From an uncultured bacterium (lineage in GTDB: Bacteria; Babelota; Babeliae; Babelales; Babelaceae): 64,000 bases of DNA. The stretch covers positions 352,001 through 416,000 of the forward strand of contig OY970332.1 of NCBI GenBank assembly GCA_963717435.1. Reading direction: 5' to 3'. Below, piece after piece: positions 61,885 through 64,000 of this stretch; the first letter of the stretch is position 1; each line of letters starts with the position of its first letter. The notes under the pieces are model-generated. The model saw only the letters and a list, made by a program, of their open reading frames with translations, was not told the DNA's origin and searched no databases. Made by a program: the position numbers and the translations under genes.

Positions 61885-62676
61885 TTGTTATACAATCTAA
61901 ATATATCCATACTAAATATGATCAAAATGATACAAAAAATTTCTTTTTTTATAATATTTGCCACAAATATATCAATTATCGCATTAGAATCTGGCGATGA
62001 TTTTACGCCTGATATATCCAATATTAGCTATCCAATAGTTTTAAAAGCCCAAGAACTTATTAAATTCAAAAAAAAGAGTAATTTGGGAACGCCGATTATA
62101 TCAATCGCTGGATGTTCTGCTGCAGGAAAAACTGAATTTACTAAAGCATTAAAGAAGGAACTTAAAAAAGCAGATATTAATGCTTTGATCCTTAAACAAG
62201 ATGACTTTATGAATCCCTTAGAAATCATTCCTGATTATATATTGCATCCTCATCTTGACCATAAAAAGATACACGAGGTTATGAAAAACATAAAAAATGG
62301 TGTATTGAAAATAACAAAACCCAAATTTGATTGGAAAAAGCGAGCTGTTGTTTATGAGAATATTGATCTAAGTGATATAGATATCATTTTATTTGAAGGT
62401 CTTTATGTTATCACAGGACTATCTTACGGCTTTGTTGTATATAGTGATATTCGTATATTTATTAATGCAAAAGAAGAAGACATTATAGAGTGGAATTGGC
62501 AACGAGAAAACTCAGGTAAAGTAAGTCATACTCCTAGAAATAGAGAAAAGTTTGATAAAGATATTGCATGGGATATGGAAGACTACCGAAAAAATATTTT
62601 AACTACAAAAATCAATGCTGATTTTGTCATAGAAAAAGATAAGAATCACACCTATTCACTTACTGTAATTAGATAA
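61885..62676 (+). CDS. Uridine kinase/PRK-like P-loop kinase with signal-like N-terminus
   Basis: ISIAGCSAAGKT, QDDF, ILFEG, ADFVI. Confidence 0.7.
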   Translation: MLYNLNISILNMIKMIQKISFFIIFATNISIIALESGDDFTPDISNISYPIVLKAQELIKFKKKSNLGTPIISIAGCSAAGKTEFTKALKKELKKADINALILKQDDFMNPLEIIPDYILHPHLDHKKIHEVMKNIKNGVLKITKPKFDWKKRAVVYENIDLSDIDIILFEGLYVITGLSYGFVVYSDIRIFINAKEEDIIEWNWQRENSGKVSHTPRNREKFDKDIAWDMEDYRKNILTTKINADFVIEKDKNHTYSLTVIR

Positions 62677-62825
62677 TTAAAATTATTAAAAATAAAATTA
62701 GTTCTAAAATAGTCCTCTGTACCACGCCAGCCTTCGCTCCAATTCTATTTTGATTTTTTTCTTTATTAAAAAAAGAAGATATTTATACTTAACTAAAATA
62801 TTTTAATTTAAACTTTGGGCAAAAA

Positions 62826-63515
62826 ATGAAAAAAATTATTTATCTACTTATTTTTAACGCCTTAAATTCAATTGCTATGTCTTCTCAAGATAAATATCAA
62901 AAATTTACAGATGCCATAATCAATAACCAACAAGACAAAGCTAAATCCATGCTGGAGGGTTCAATTAAGCCCAACGTCTGTCTGAGTTATCAGGGCAAGT
63001 TATTGCTATGCATCTCGGTTGCATTAAAAAATAAAAATATCGATATGGCCCGCCTACTAACTAAAGTTTTAACAGACAAAATAAGCACACAAGAAGAGCG
63101 TTCCATATGGGAGAATCCATTTACATCAGCATTTCAAGATGCTGCTAACGAGGGAAATATAGAATTAATTGATCAATTAATGTTGCTACCAATTCCTGAT
63201 CGCATCAAAAAAATTGGGTGCGGCATTGCATATTCTTTAAGTATTTCCCAAAATCATTCTTCTGTAATTAAAAAATTGTTTGATAACTATGAAGATTATT
63301 TAGAAGACCCATGTTTTTGTGCCTCATTTGAATGGGCCGCTATATGTTTTCCCGAAAAGCACAATGAAATTTTAGATATTATATTAAGCAATTATAGTGG
63401 ATTATCTAACTTTAAGGAGCTGATAAAATCCGGCCGCTTAAATTATCCCGATAGAAAACAGCAATATATAGATTTATTAAATCGATATGAAAAAAAAGCC
63501 GCACAGGAATTATGA
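62826..63515 (+). CDS. Exported ankyrin-like helical repeat protein
   Basis: Signal peptide + MSSQ; AANEGNIELIDQL. Confidence 0.55.
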   Translation: MKKIIYLLIFNALNSIAMSSQDKYQKFTDAIINNQQDKAKSMLEGSIKPNVCLSYQGKLLLCISVALKNKNIDMARLLTKVLTDKISTQEERSIWENPFTSAFQDAANEGNIELIDQLMLLPIPDRIKKIGCGIAYSLSISQNHSSVIKKLFDNYEDYLEDPCFCASFEWAAICFPEKHNEILDIILSNYSGLSNFKELIKSGRLNYPDRKQQYIDLLNRYEKKAAQEL

Positions 63516-63534
63516 TTAAAGATTATTTGTAAAT

Positions 63535-63999
63535 CTATATAAAATTTTCTAGTACAAGCAAGTTCTTCAACTTTTCTGCTTGAATACAAGCATCCCCAAA
63601 TTCTTGTTTAAAATTAATAAGCTTTATAGAATGCTTTTTGCAATGTTCTATGGTTGCGTCTGCGATATATTTTTTATTAAAAGCATACGATTCCAAAAAT
63701 CCTGGAAGTTTATCCCAATCTCTTCCTCTTGCTTTAAGAAAAAGTTTCCAATCACTAATATCTATATCAAGAAGAACTACGCAATCAGCATCTGGAAAAA
63801 CATTTTGATCTAATTTATTAATTTGCAAAAGTATATCTAAATAGGGATCATTCAAGGGGACGAGCCATTCCATTCCGGGCTTATTTAAATAGTAACCAAA
63901 AATTTTAAAGAAATAAGTATCTATAAACACGATTTTATCTTTTGCTAAATCTGCTGCATCAAGATACATTTTGGCCCACATTTGGCGAAACTCCAACAT
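63535..63999 (-). CDS. Deoxynucleoside/thymidylate kinase-like protein, C-terminal part (runs off the window)
   Basis: VFIDTY...PDADCVVLLD...RGR resembles dNK-family elements. Confidence 0.4.
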   Translation of the reverse strand: MLEFRQMWAKMYLDAADLAKDKIVFIDTYFFKIFGYYLNKPGMEWLVPLNDPYLDILLQINKLDQNVFPDADCVVLLDIDISDWKLFLKARGRDWDKLPGFLESYAFNKKYIADATIEHCKKHSIKLINFKQEFGDACIQAEKLKNLLVLENFI

Positions 64000-64000
64000 C

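Noticed and set aside
62724-62740. cacgccagccttcgctcc as a second att remnant of tRNA-Glu
   Set aside because: Only a 6-bp match (acgcca) and no second integrase in the window; cannot be supported.

Overview
AT-rich bacterial chromosome segment. It most resembles an intracellular protist parasite of Ca. Dependentiae (TM6/Babelota); this is inferred from gene content and the many short-signal-peptide orphan proteins, not from a search. Housekeeping genes include alaS, rpsA-ndk, pth, skp, deaD, trxB, bcp, brnQ, mgtE, a P-type ATPase, an animal-type transketolase, split LigD domains and a heavily frameshifted leuS. They are interspersed with many putative exported effectors. Main observations: (1) three tandem secreted proteins built from ubiquitin-like repeats plus a C-terminal HPD J-domain, two of them a near-perfect 1426-bp duplication; (2) two paralogues in which a Sec-type signal peptide is followed by a mitochondrial-presequence-like segment, part of a wider 'signal peptide + Met(-Glu)' pattern in 11 proteins; (3) a GC-rich modular palindromic repeat family with 9 copies, 4 of them inserted in frame in three genes, and a second repeat class nested at a fixed site; (4) a ~6.3 kb island in tRNA-Glu carrying a large serine recombinase whose C-terminus would be swapped on excision, a Rep-like protein, an inverted-repeat-flanked gene and a toxin-antitoxin pair. 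No CRISPR array or rRNA was seen.
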